A stretch of 64,000 bases of DNA from NCBI GenBank assembly GCA_053919585.1, contig CM132796.1; one strand, 5' to 3'. The position numbers were made by a program, and so were the translations under genes. How positions within the stretch are numbered: position 1 is the stretch's first letter; each line of letters begins with the position of its first letter. The notes beneath the pieces are model-generated. The model did not search any database, was not told where the DNA came from, and saw only the letters and a list, made by a program, of their open reading frames with translations. Below, one piece after another: positions 37,480 to 51,372 of this stretch. This stretch comes from Euprymna scolopes. Taxonomy: Eukaryota.

Positions 37480-39495
37480 AGTTTACTTCTGCTTGTGCAG
37501 TTGCCATTTGTCAAAGGCAGCATGCGTTCCGCAGATTCAACCAACATAAGTCCAGCTCAAATAAACAGAAGTTTATAGAAGCTAGAAATAATTGTAAGAG
37601 AGTGATAGAGACAGCTAAGACAGAGTACTCTGAAACCACCAGAAAACGCATCAGAGCACAGAAATTAGGAACCCGGGATTTTCGAAAATCTACAACAGCG
37701 TAGAAAATGATAGACTGTCAACTATTTCCCCATTATCAAACAATCATGAGTTTGCTTGCACGGCAACTGACAAGGCTAATCTGCTTGCCAGTCGGTTTGC
37801 CTCAAACTCCACACTGAACTCGGTACACCACTCACTCCCTGATTTTCCTCTGCGAACACACGCCACACTAAACGACTTGAAAATCACCCCTTCTCAGGTA
37901 CATGCTATTATAAAAAACCTAGACTCCTCAAAAGCATGTGAACCAGATCTCATCCCGGCTGTTCTATTAAAAAACATGCTCTGCCGAGGTTGCTCCAGTT
38001 CTGTCCAAACTTTACAATAAATCCCTTAACGAATCTTGTTTTCCCGACTGCTGGAAAACCGCCTCTGTGGTACCAGTCTTCAAGAATTCTGGTGAAAGAA
38101 CTGACCCACTAAATTATCGCACCATTAGCCTCCTCCCGCTTTTCGCCAAAATATTTGAGTCCTTAGTTAATCAAGCCCTAGTCCAGCACCTAACAGCAGC
38201 TAAACTCCTGACTGACAAACAATATGGATTCAGGCAAGCCCGTTCAACATCAGATATCTTAACTGTAGTTTCTGAACGTATATACCGTTCATTGGATAAA
38301 ACAGGGGAGGGTAGAGCGGTGGCCCTCGATATATATAAGGCTTTTGACAGGGTATTACACGATGGTCTTCTAAGGAAAATTTGATCATATGGAATCATTG
38401 GAAGAATTCATAATGTAAGTAAATCCTTCTTAAGTAATAGAAAAGTCAAAGTTGTCCTCGGCGGTCGTACATCAAACAATATGACATAAATTCGGAAGTA
38501 CCTCAGGGGTCTATCTTTGGACCACTATTATTCCTGATATTCATAAACGACCCCCCTGATTAAATTGTTTCGGAGATTGGTATATTTGCCGATGACGCCA
38601 CTATCTATAACAGATATGCGGGGAAAACAAATGAACCCATATCCAAGGAAATGGCAGAAACACTAGAGGATGACCTCCAATCCGTAGTGGAATGGGGACA
38701 AAAATGGTTGGTCACATTCAATGCTGCTAAGACTAAGCTTGTTTCCTTCAATAACTACAATAAACCTTCTCTACCACCAATAGCAATAGCCAGGAACACA
38801 TTACCTTAAGTACTTCTTTTAAACTCCTCGACCTAACGTTTACAGGGAATATGAACTGGAATATATACATTGAGAGCATTACCAAGGCTGCTGCAAGGAA
38901 GGTTGGCTCCCTCTACCGTGCTAGGTAACTACTTACGCCTGACAGTATCCTATACCGCTATGAGGCAATCACTCGGCAATGTATGGAGTACTGTTGCCAC
39001 ATCTTGGCTGTTGCATCTGCTACTTGTATCACGCTCCTGGACAGGGTTCAAAAGAGAGTCGCCAACCTGATAGGTCCTGAACTGTTATCTAGGTTTCAGC
39101 CTCTGTCCCATCGACGAGATGTTGCATCCCTCTGCCTGTTCTACAAATACTTTAATGGTGAATGCTCTGACGAACTGCAAACACTTGTACCTCCCCGACG
39201 TAACTACTCCCGACAAACGCGACAAGCTACTAAGTCTCATCCCTTTACAGCAGAGACCCCTACGTGTCAGAAAGCCTTTTACTCCAATAGTTTCTTCCCC
39301 AGAACTGCGGGTCTTTGGAACTCCCTTCCGAGATTCTGCTTTCCCAACTGCAATGATATGCAGAAGTTCAAGTGTAATGTTAAAAACATCTTTCTACTCA
39401 TCTCCCTTCATAATTACCCCGCTAATTAAGTCCCTGATAGTAGTCCCCTGCTTCAAAGTGGCACTGTGCCTTGTTTGGGGTGAAAATTGAATATA
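37480..39495 (+). mobile_element. 5'-truncated CR1/L2-group LINE, RT pseudogene with 3' end
   Basis: VPVFKNSGE..NYRTISLL, QYGFR, ALDIYKAFDRV, VPQGS, FADD, MEYCCHI and RTAGLWNSLP; few disabling lesions. Confidence 0.92.
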
Positions 39496-39499
39496 AAAA

Positions 39500-39830
39500 C
39501 ATGAGATTTGATAAAGTGTCTTACTTGAGGAGGCGGTTTATCAGGAATGTGTTTATGCTGGACGTGAAGACATCCAAGTTGTAGTCAGGTGGGAAACAGG
39601 CAAACGGAGAGAGTTCCACTGGCGGGCACCTCTAATAAAATAGCTTTGTTCATGGAATCTACGTTTTGATTTAGGCACAGATAACGAGTGGGAAAAATAA
39701 TTGATATTGGTTTCAGCTAGATGGGTGTTTTTCGGGAAACATCGAACGGCTGCAAAATCTAACATTTTACGTGCATCGCTATTGTTGTCAGGCGATACAA
39801 AACACACTGGTACCGTTGCCAAGCAATACA
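39500..39830 (-). mobile_element. CR1/L2-group LINE 3' end fragment
   Basis: SYFIRGARQWNSL; similar to 48400-48560. Confidence 0.65.
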
Positions 39831-40600
39831 AAACACGGACCCAGTTTCAAACTCCCGAAGTAAAACCGGTTGCCTCTCAAGCAGATCTCAAGAAACCATG
39901 GTCGACCCGCTCAAATACTTTGTACTTATATAAATTGATCACTGCGGCTATGGCGTCGTCCTTTGATCCTTCTATTATCGTGTGCATCAAGTGTAAATTG
40001 TTTTGAATCAACCTCTCGTTCACAGCATTGTTTTCACTCTGTTCCACGAAGTACCCGATAACAATTTGAAAACTGTTCACCAGAACTCGTGCAAAAACCT
40101 TCAACTCTGTGTTTAGTCGAAGGAATGACTTTAAATCTTTTACGTTTTTTATAGCTGACATTCTTTAATGCATTAATTTTGCAGCCGCCCATCGCAGCTA
40201 GGCATTTACTACACAGCTTGTCCAGTAAGGCAGGGCGAGCCAGTTTTACAGCTGCCAACCTTCTAGCCGCGGAATTCGGGTAGTTGGGTGAAGCATCGCT
40301 CTAAATACTCATAGCACGGTTCTGACTAGTCGATAAAAAAGTACGTCCTTTTAGATTCTACTTTCCGAATGTACCCGTCCGAGGCGCGGCATAAAGCTGC
40401 CCGACACTCAATATATTCGTTAGGGATGATTTAGCATTGCTCTAAGGAGTTGACCTTTATACTGCTCGCTAGCCAAGCAATTGATGCCCTCAATTACCGC
40501 CATCGATATGGGATCTCTGCTGTTACCGACCTGGTCAGCCTACCCTTTAATTGTTGTTGCTGCTAAGCCTTCGTTAAAATACTTGACGAAAAACTAATTC
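39830..40600 (-). mobile_element. L1/Tx1-like LINE RT fragment
   Basis: LNTELKVFARVL..RLIQNNLHL..AVINL..KVFERVDHGFL (~LLNTELKILA..GRxIQxNL..LDQxKAFDRVDH). Confidence 0.75.
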
Positions 40601-43049
40601 TAGCATTAGCCTAACCCACCACATACTCGCGATAACCACCCAATACAAACCAATACGCTATATTTGTGAAGACAGCTTTTCCCGGAAGTAAAATATTTTC
40701 ACCATGTACCTGTTAAACTTCTCCTACCCATCAAACATAAACCCATTACTTAGATTCAATCAAATCATTACTAATTTATGGACCGAATGACCTAACCAAT
40801 GGAATGTGGGACAGGCTAGAAAATCTACGTCGCTACTTCTAACTAACATTCGTTCAAAGTAATTACTTGGGCATAAGGCCCTATTAGTAAACAATATATC
40901 CTTCCGAGGGGTGTCCAAACGAAATCTGTCCACAAGCTCGCATGAGGCCTCAGGTCAAGCAGATTGTTTTACACCTATCCGGCTTTCTCTTTTCCTGACC
41001 TTTCAAGGATGGCATTCTAATTTTCAATTTAAAGTGCACGCTCCTGATACAAGAGAAAGACCGTCACATGCAGAAAAAATGAAAACCTCCTGCTAGCGAT
41101 GTTGTGTGTATTAACTGCCAAGATCCGAAAGTTACTGCTTATTTAGTAATGTCGACCACGACTAGCCGGCCCCGAGCATACTAATGGACAACCTTTACGT
41201 ACAGCACATTACAATCTTCGTTAGAAACCAAGTGGGTATATCTAACGCTTCAATATCTACTTTTATGACCTCGAGGTTCCCTCATATCGTAAACTGTGTC
41301 AGGAGTTTATGACCACCGTATTTTTATTAGGAGACAAAATCTCATAGTTTCTTACATAATCAGTGTCGCGAATAAAAATTCCTCTGGAGAAAATATGCCA
41401 AAGATCTGAAACACACGGCCAGTAAAAATTTCCGATGTTAAGTATCCGCCCCGTACCAAACTTCCCACGTTAAGGGGAAAAGTTATTTTTAATGCCTTAT
41501 ATAACTATTTGTTTACATGAATGTGGGCATTTCCTTTATATTGTACTTCTGCCATTAGTTCCAGGCCTGGAATTGCTTTCTTTGTTTCGTTAAACTCCCG
41601 CTAACAAGCTTTAAGCTTGATAATTTATCCTACTTTATAAAGATTATTAGCAGTGTAGATTCTATTTTGAGAGGAGTGTCGAACAACGCTTTATTTTATG
41701 GGTGTCAATATTACAAATTGCTAAGGTTGTTGCGTTATCTAACATTAAGATCTGTTGGTATCCTTGTGTTGTCCACCTGACAGATGTGCCCCCAGTCGAA
41801 AACGCGTCTTTTTGGTCTTTTCTCACCTAGCCAGTTTGAGAGGAGAGAGTATTGTCTTGCATATCTCCTGATTCTTTTATTAAGCTCCTCCTCTTCTGGA
41901 AATTAGTTTCTGCTTTTCGGCAGGGGTTTGCGGGTTGAGAAATGGGAGAGGTAAGTTGCTCCGTTCTGAGGAGCGAGAACTTAGCTAGTATTGAGCAAAG
42001 TTGCATTCGTTGTTAGTGCTGTCTTCTTTAAAAATCTTGGCTGTGTTGCTATCTCCCCTCTTTTCGTTGTCTTGCATGGTTTCTTCGTATTCGGATGAAG
42101 CTACTGCGATGTCCCATTTCACTCAACTCTTATCAATTCTTTGTCTTTTGTGGGTTTAACCAAGTACATTTTATTTTTTGGTAACTGTGCTCCAGACCGT
42201 GCTAGCGAAGCTGGTTTCAGTACTGGTAGTTTTGCTCATATTTTTGAGGGGCAGTTGTTCGTTGAATAGTCTGAACCTTCTTGGGCACGTTTTTGCCATA
42301 TTGGCAGCATCTGGAAATGCCAGAACGTGGCCGTATTTCGTTCCACAATTATCGACATATTTCAGTTTGTACATTTAAGTTGTGCCCAAATATCATTTAA
42401 TTCAGTCGGGTTTATTCTTATTTTTACGATGCAGTCTACAGTAATAATGATTCGGGGTCCAAAGATTAGGTTAAAACTTTGACGGCACCATATTGTGATA
42501 ATATTGCATTTACGCGCTCGCCACTTATACTAAAATGGACGCAGAAAAATGACGCTATATCTTTGGCTTAAATCGTATTCCGTTTTAGATGAAATCTGTT
42601 GAAGCTATATTTTAGCCTTCTTATTTTGTTTTGGAAAACGTTTCCAGACCTTTTTATATATCTGATGTGACTAATAAAATTATTTAACGCTTTAAATATT
42701 CCAAGATCGCCGGGACCAGTTTAATATGGGTTCCCTCGGTCAGTGCGGAATATTTGTCTCTGAAGACCTCCGGATTATTTTCTTTGTGAGATTCCCAAGG
42801 TAGTTGACCTATTCTAGGAAATCTTTATTTGTGACTTCTTTCGGTGTTTCGGTTTTATCCAATAAAGTATAACACCAAGATACAACTTTGTAAATTAGTA
42901 ACAACATACAGTACAATATATTATACACATGTATATAATAAAAAAGCATAATGAGTAACATCGTAAGGGAGGTACACACAGTTAGTCGGGCCCGGAAATA
43001 CAAAGTATTCCAAATCGTAAACTAAAGAAACGTATCCTAGCGACACCTT

Positions 43050-43800
43050 ATCCTGAGGTTCTAGTGTACTGGTCAATCTGCTCCTCTTCTGCCCTTGCTT
43101 TACTGGCTGCGATGATGCTAAGTGAAAAGAATCCGATCGCTGGTGTGCTTGTGCATCTTCTTTGGACTGCTCTCTGCATATGTGATGACTTTGGTACATG
43201 TTTTTTTTTTGTTTTGTGCGGACGGTTACCTTTTCCCATCCTGAAAACGCTCATTATTTTGATGGGCCTCTTGATTCTGACCATTCAATTTCTGTGCCTT
43301 CTGTGTTGGCATCGAATGTTCCTGCCTAGTGTTTGGTAAATATCTCTTTGGAGACGAACGCTAGGGTACTACGGGGTGTGGAAACCATCCGAACAGATAT
43401 GGACGGCTTCCATATGTGTTGCAACACCTCAACGGACACTGATACAGGAGTTCATTGATACGAATGATTCGGTTTAACGGGATGAGACTACACACCAAAT
43501 GATACAGAAAATTCGAAGGGTACAAGGCAAATCCTTGCTATGATCATTACTTGGTGTATTCCTCATCAAGGAGTCGGAGTACAACGCGCTCATTTTTTCC
43601 AGTAACATCGCAAGGCAGATGTTGAAGCAGAACATTTTCACCATAAGGCTTACAAAACCCTGAAGACTTTGAAGGCAAGAAGACTGTAAATGTTTTCCGA
43701 TATGTCAGTCTTCAAAGAAACCGGCAGCTGCTTATCTAAGGTAAGGTCTAAGAGCGCTGAAACACATATCCATTAAGTAAAATTAGTACGACAACAATAG
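43050..43800 (-). mobile_element. Possible decayed LINE ORF1-like segment
   Basis: GC-richer block with LLQHLPCDV and a broken C..HLA zinc-knuckle-like stretch. Confidence 0.25.
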
Positions 43801-44109
43801 GAAAAGAAGAAACAGATTAGTGAGCAGAGGCTTAACAGGTATCCTAGGAGCCTAAATGCTTTAAACCCAACGCAAGAGTCTAGATAGACTATAACTTCGC
43901 AGAAGAAGACCGAGTCGCAGAAAAGGCAAGTTTGTGTACATTATCCTATTGTGCAAAAGGCTATTTTCTCTGATATTAGTCTTCAATTAATTATATACCT
44001 GTTTGACTTTACGTAAACCCCACACATGCATACATTGTTTTTTTTTTTGTAAAAACAATGTTATTAAACATTTAGTAATCGTAGTTGTGCAAAGTTTACT
44101 AATTAATAC

Positions 44110-44770
44110 TACATATATAAAATTTATGTATAGAAAGTAGTATTGTGTGTGTGTTTGTCTGTGTGTACCACTGCCCTACAACACACAACACTTAATCGAT
44201 CATGGGCAAAGCGGGCATGATGTTTGGGGTGCGCACACCATTCCCCAGGTCAAAGTCAAATGCAAAAATCATGGCAATATATGTATACATTCATACACGC
44301 CAGAGCACTAAACATATAATGACCAACACATGACATGATGATGGTCATCGATCTAGGAATAGTGCGCCTTGTGTAAAGGTCAAGGTCAAAGTTTAAGGTC
44401 ATATTTTGTCCCGCTTTTTATAGCCTCCCCAACCTTGGGATTGTGCACACTATTATTCAAATTCCTGTCTTATCACAAATTTCATCACATAGGTATGCTG
44501 CACAACAATACCCGTGTCTTTATACAAAACCAAACAATTGTGATTAGTGTATCGAAGTGGCATGTGTAAAACTATAAGTGCCAACTTTCATATCATATTT
44601 GCTTGGAGGTATTTTTTCTTTAGATTTCAGTCAATTCAGTGATTAGTTAAAATTTTAAACACTATAAGTAATGATTGCTGTAGCAGAAACTACTTACTTC
44701 TATGAAGCCCGCGAAGCCGGTACAAGGGATTACAGACTAGTTCTACACAAGTTGCGGGTAGCTTGGCTAG
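44110..44770 (+). mobile_element. Non-autonomous Helitron-like element with two successive 3' ends
   Basis: 5' ATATATAAA plus (TG)n; cccgcgaagccgg..CTAG (44737-44740) and gcgggta..CTAG|T (44767-44770). Confidence 0.55.
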
Positions 44771-46779
44771 TTTTGTACATGAAGTTTTACAATAGTAATT
44801 ATGGTGAAACATAAAGTTAAGCAATACTAATGTCGGCGAAGCAAGAAACTAAAGACAAACACGTGTTACATTTATTTCAGCTAAACTTTATTTCCGGGTG
44901 TCAGAACATAATTATTAATAACAACATATGGTATGAACATAATAAATTATCATACGCAAAACAATAAACAATTACTTATAATTATCCGTTATTCAAGTTT
45001 GCAATTCTAAGAAAGTAGCACATTGTAAAATAGCAACATCGTCAAATTGCTATAATATGCAGAAAAGCAAAATTCAACCACGTAATTTAAATTCACACAA
45101 GATTTATTATTAAGTTAATATACACACCTCGATTATTATGCACAACATATTTTGTTATTTATACGTGCGGAAAACTGTATGAAGACCAAATTTTTATTAA
45201 AATATTTGTGCTCATGATGCAAGAAAATTTTACAATGTTTCTTATTGTTTTTACTTATTTATAGAGTTTAATATTGTGTCTACCATGTTAATAATGTGCC
45301 CTTTTGAGAAAAGATGCAAATATTTTATTGAGCAGTTATTTGATTATTCTTGCTTTGATGTTGATTAAAATGTGTACATAGGAATATACGTAGACGACNN
45401 NNNNNNNNNNNNNNNNNNNNNNNNNNNNNNNNNNNNNNNNNNNNNNNNNNNNNNNNNNNNNNNNNNNNNNNNNNNNNNNNNNNNNNNNNNNNNNNNNNNN
45501 NNNNNNNNNNNNNNNNNNNNNNNNNNNNNNNNNNNNNNNNNNNNNNNNNNNNNNNNNNNNNNNNNNNNNNNNNNNNNNNNNTTTATGTGTGAGAGAGAGA
45601 GAATAAGAGAGAGATGGAGAGAAAGAGAGACAGAGAATGAAAGATCTGTTAACCGGCGTTGCCCGGTTAAATAATCCTCCCGTCTCATCAAAAAATTAAA
45701 TTACGGTTGTTGGTAATGGGCAATCCCCTACGTTCTAATGCTAAGATCGGTGTTCGGAATACTCATCCCGTACCTCCTCATGATAAGAACATCTTATGGA
45801 ATAGATACGACTAACCTCGCCAGAGTGAAAACGGCTTTCAGAATAGACAGCCCATTTTATGAGGGAAGAATCACTCAATATTTCAAGCAAGATATATTTT
45901 TCAGCATAACAACTCGCAAAGAAAGTAAACCCAAAAATAATTGGGGAGTGTGGCACTGTCATACGGAGAGACATACACAATTTTATTACGCCTGTGAAGA
46001 ACAATGAATTACAGGGCACAATGCATGTCATTATATATCCTAAAACTACCACTCCCTGCCAAAGTTAAATAGAGTTTATTATTCATCATAGTCTAAAACC
46101 TAAAGAAGTCGCCAGTTTAAATAACATAATGGTTTGTGGTAAGGTAAAAAACACAGCCTATAAATAGATGACGTCTGAGCATTGTTGAAAACGCGTCCTG
46201 AAAAAAAATTAAGAAAGAAAAAACAACTATATTAAATTAGCGAATATATTACAAATAGGTATATCCATAGGAACGCAGTAAAGTAAACATTTTTATTTTA
46301 GCGGTGTAAAATATTTGACAGAAAAGAGAATTAAAAGAAAAACATGGCGTAAATTTAGTCAAGTACAAAGTGAATTAAAATAGTGAAAATGGTAGTTTAT
46401 CTGGACGTAATTCAGTCTTAGAGTGTAAAAATGTGTTTTATATTAAACGAAATATCTCTTATGATTTCGGAAATGATTTATTTATTTTTTTTTTGCCTAA
46501 TCACCCAAATCTATGTTCATTGACAGTTTGATTTTGGATTTGCTATCATGCTCTTTTATCAAGAGATTCCTCGGGCGTTCTGCAACTGCTCTCTCCCTGT
46601 TAATCCCACAATATGAAGTTTTTTTTTCACGTTAATTTCATCGATAACGAACTTAACTTCAAGATGAGAAGAAAGCAAAACTGTAAAACTGTAAAAACAA
46701 ACAAAAATACTATTATGGCTTTTATCGTCGAGGAAAGGTGTTCAATTATAACGTTCTACTGAATTGAATATGTACATAG

Positions 46780-47920
46780 TTCCCATTGCCGCGTAAAATA
46801 TTGTAGCAATATTTTTATCAGTAATGTTAAAACATATATGGCCAATGTAGTAGAACGTTAATGTGTAAATAATGTTAATCCAAATAATGCGTAATGGGTT
46901 GTGTAATTTTAACTACATTGCTTATTAAATTGTTGGTATAACTCCGGCTATGAACACAGGACGACTGATTTAGAAGTGATCAGTTAATTTCAGCATGCGG
47001 TAATTTAAAACAGCCAAACCAGATATAATATATAGAAAGCTGCGACGTTTTTTTATGTAAAAATGTGTTAATAATGTGTGCCCCAAATTTTAGTAATGGC
47101 GTAATTAATGTAAAAGTTCTGGTTTATTTTTTCAAAGATCTGTCTGTAAGTAAAAGAAAAAAAACAACGATAATAAGTATAAATGATGGAAAAAGAGATC
47201 AGTTTATTTTACAATTGGTTAGTTAAGCATGCGCAGATTGGATATTATCTATAAAAAAACAGATGCGGGGGGTTTTATTTAGTGCATCATTGTGTGAATA
47301 ATATTAACCAAAATAATGCGTAATTACATGTGTAACATTTAAGTTAATATATATTTTTTTAAATCATACGTCTGTAAAATAAAGGAAAAATAGACGGTCT
47401 TAAAGTATAAATTATTTAATCTTAATATCCATTAATTTACTACACGAAAATCGGATATTGTATAAAGAACGCTGCGACATTCTTGTTTGATATAACAGTG
47501 TGTAAAAATGGTATCCTAATAATGCGTAATGACATGTGTAACTTGTATGTAAATGTAAAATAAGTATGTATAATAAAGGAACAAGAGATCACAGTAAAGA
47601 CTATATGATTTAAAAAGATAATTTCAACATCAGTCTGTTAAAGCCCCGGATAGCGGATATGATATAAGAAAGCTGTGAGCTTGTTTTGGTTTGAAAAAGT
47701 GTGAATAATGTTAATCCTAATAATGCATAATGGCATGTGTAACTCGTAATTATATGTTACAATCAGTTGTGAAAATAAAGAAAAGACAATGATAGTAGAG
47801 TATAAATAATTTAACACAATGCGTAGCGATATTTCTTCCATATGGCTTAAGGGATGCGATGTTAATTTAGTGTATGTTAGTGTGCAATCCAAACTAATAT
47901 AAAGTAATGGTCGCAGGCAA
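46780..47920. repeat. Degenerate tandem repeat, ~5-6 x 180-225 bp
   Basis: aatgttaatcc(a/t)aataatgcgtaatg..tgtgtaa motif recurs at ~46870, 47070, 47295, 47505, 47705 and 47885. Confidence 0.75.
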
Positions 47921-48246
47921 TAAACACAAGCGGATGGTTATTAGTGAGAAATTATTATTTTTGAATAATGAAGTGCAATGGTAGTGGTGTGTGTCAAATC
48001 TAGTTAATAAGAGTTTCAGGTCAATATAGTTATAATGGTTATATATTTACTCGGTTTTTATTGAGAGAGTGGGTTGGCTTTTCAGATACATGGGAAATAC
48101 GAACAAATTCCACTATATATTGTAGCAGTCGTGAAGACGTCGCTCCTACAATGTAAGAGTATTTCATTATAACTAATAAATATGCCTAAAACGGCATTTA
48201 CTATTTACATAAGATGGTGGGACAAAGTTATTGCACACTACCATAT

Positions 48247-50257
48247 GTTTTTTGCATCGAGGGAACCACTAATCAAGGCCAAGAAACCACTCAGAGGTAA
48301 GGGTTAGTGCGTCTGCAGTAATCAATTGGATAGTGTTGCAGTATTCGTAAGTATCGGAGAGTTGATAAAGTTGATAAAGTGTAATTACTTAAGGGGGCGG
48401 TTCATCAGGAAGTTGTTTCTGTTGGACTTGAAGACATCCAAGCTGAAGTCATGTGGGAAGCAGGCAAGGTTTAGAGAGTTCAACAGGCGTGCAGTTCTAA
48501 GAAAGAAGCTTTGTGCATGGAGTCTACGTTTATATTTAGGCATCGATAAAGGGTTGGGAAAAATATTGACAGTGGTTTCAACTAGACGGGTGTTTATCCT
48601 GAGAGATTGGCGAGGGGGACCAGAGATTACGGTTCAGACGGCACATTCTATTGAAATAACGATAAAACAAAGATTGATTGGCAACGTCTCTTCTGTGGAA
48701 GCGAGGTTGCTAGGAAGAGACAAGCGCATCCCCACTAAGCAACGAAGTCTATTTTGTACCGTGTCAAGGAAGGATAGGCTGTTTTAGCGGCCTCTGCCCA
48801 AATGGGCAACAGTATTCATTTCTTATACGTACTTCGCTTTTATATAGATAGAGAAATGTATCAGTAGTGAGATATCTTCTGGAGCGGTAGCAGGATCCCA
48901 TCATTTTCCCAGGAACCTTGGAAACAGACTTGATGTACGGGCTCCATTTCAGATCAGGAGTAAATGTAAAACACAGAAAATTATCAAAACATGGGCCCTC
49001 CCCAAGACGAGAGCCATTAATTTTAATTGATGCCAGATGGGGATCAGAGCGTTAATGATGTAAAGATAGGAGCTGGATTGTAGATACATTAAAAGTAACC
49101 AGCCAGCCCTTCCTTCAGTTTACCACGCGCTGAAGATCAGAAGAGAGTATAATAGAGAACTTTGTCATTTACGGTTATGTGTTGCCATAGATTGTCCTGT
49201 CATCAGCATAGATGTCAACGAATGATGTATGTATGCGTTTTGGGAGAACATTGATATAGATCAGGAAGAGAGTTGGGTCCAGGATGGAAATCTGGGGGAC
49301 TCCAGCATTAATACTGCGGGCATCTAATTTCTGCTCATCAACCACTACCCTTATGAGCCTATCACAGAGAAATGATTTAATGATTGAGAACATATTTCCT
49401 GTTATACCGTAGCTGGAAATCTTGTAAAGTAGGCCTTTATAGCATACATTATACAAGGCGTTTGATATGTAATGAACAACTGCCATAAAAAGGATGTATT
49501 TGTCGAGAGATTCACTAATCCTGTCAGATATACCCGTTTGCATATCTGCTGTACATCTGACAGAACGGAAACCATATTGCGTGCCACTAAGAAGGTTCTA
49601 CTGACGTGGTTGACTACTTCCCTATTTAATATGGATTCCAGCAACTTACTCATGACACACAGGAGACTTATTGGTCTGTACTGAGAGGGAGATGATTATC
49701 ACTTGATTTCTTCAATACAGTAATACTTCTGAGGTTTTCTAGATTGTTGTAAAGCACTTCTCCTGAAGGCAACGCTAAAACAGTTTCGTAAGTATGAGGG
49801 CAAGTTCTGATTGAATTTTTTAACACTATAATTGGAATGCCATCAGGGCCAGTTTCTTTACTGGAACCAAGGCTCTTGATAAGCTTGGAGACATCACGCA
49901 GAGTTATCTGTGTGTTGTCTTGCGTGTTGTGTGTAATAGAGTTGATGGCCTTCGTCGCATAGGGTATAATTAGCTGCGATGTTCTTGGCAAATAGTTTGG
50001 CCTTTTCTGATGCTGACGAGATGATCTCTGGCCAATTGATTATAGTTGGGAGAGAACGCATGCTTCTGTTCATGATCCTATTTTTAATTTGGCAAAACTG
50101 GTTGGAACAAAGCCGCTGCTCAGCTACTTTGTATTTACCGGGTTGAGTACATAACTCTCTCATATTTTATTACTCTTTTACAGTGATTCCTGGCGGTCCT
50201 GACAGGAGCTTTAGTCTCATTGCATCACATTCGTCTGAGTGCATCTCTTTCGTGGCA
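48247..50257 (-). mobile_element. 5'-truncated CR1/L2-group LINE
   Basis: TGPDGIP, SKLLESILN, AGVPQ.SIL.PTLFLIYIN, YADD; A-tail at ~48250; abuts (TA)n at its 5' end. Confidence 0.9.
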
Positions 50258-50274
50258 GCGATTTCGCCCAGAGG

Positions 50275-50355
<81 letters not shown>

Positions 50356-50459
50356 GTGTGTGTATTTGCATATGTTACTTGTACATTTTAATAGACATTG
50401 CCTCATGTAAGAAACACACAGAAATGCAGTAAGTACAGGAATAGATACAGTAGAAGCTT

Positions 50460-50745
50460 AAACAAAAACCAATAATAATATAAAATAATATTAAAGTTCA
50501 ACAAGCCTAAATATTTTTGTTGATAATAAATGCTTATATTGAAGACATACATATCCATTCAAGTTTTAACAAGACAAATTGAGAGCAACATACAGACGAT
50601 TGTTATATTTATTAGAAAGTTACATTGCTGAAAAACATGAACCAACATTATTATCACGGACGAGGTTGACTTTGAACTGTTACATCGACTATTGTCTAAA
50701 AAGACGCTAGCTTCGGGGAAAGCGAAAGTCGCTGCGAAAACAAAT
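50460..50745 (+). mobile_element. Possible Penelope-like 3' remnant
   Basis: RLLYLLESYIAEKHEPTL resembles the GIY-YIG C-terminal ES..I....P.LN; weak hammerhead-like trace near 50700. Confidence 0.3.
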
Positions 50746-50986
50746 TGAAAATGTCAGTTGAAAAGCGACCGTCTCAAACTTGGTGAGACAATAGAATCAA
50801 AAGAGAATTGGAATGCACATTTTGTGTGTGATGTTTGAATACATGACCGATGTTCCTGTTTTCCATGCAATACCAAGCCTTGCATAGTTAGTTGGCTATG
50901 GCGTAGGAAATAAACCCGCGTAGACACTGAAACAAATAAAGATACACACATAAATCTTTACGAACACACACACACACACGCATACC

Positions 50987-51062
<76 letters not shown>

Positions 51063-51372
51063 AAATTTTTCAAAGTTTGGAAACGTTGAGCTTCAGCAAT
51101 ACCAAATCCTTGACTATTTTGGAAGGCTATGCNNNNNNNNNNNNNNNNNNNNNNNNNNNNNNNNNNNNNNNNNNNNNNNNNNNNNNNNNNNNNNNNNNNN
51201 NNNNNNNNNNNNNNNNNNNNNNNNNNNNNNNNNNNNNNNNNNNNNNNNNNNNNNNNNNNNNNNNNNNNNNNNNNNNNNNNNNNNNNNNNNNNNNNNNNNN
51301 NNNNNNNNNNNNNNNNNNNNNNNNNNNNNNNNNNNNNNNNNNNNNNNNNNNNNNNNNNNNNNNNNNNNNNNN

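Noticed and set aside
46160-46200. AGATGAC..GAAAACGCGTC hammerhead-like trace (similar at ~41775-41810)
   Set aside because: CUGANGA core or stem II missing; too degenerate to call
48326-48787. 153-aa plus-strand ORF
   Set aside because: Antisense to the LINE 3' region
49195-49215. TCATCAG motifs here and at ~56770, 48404 and 19463
   Set aside because: They lie inside transposon sequence (e.g. YADD codons) with no hammerhead stems
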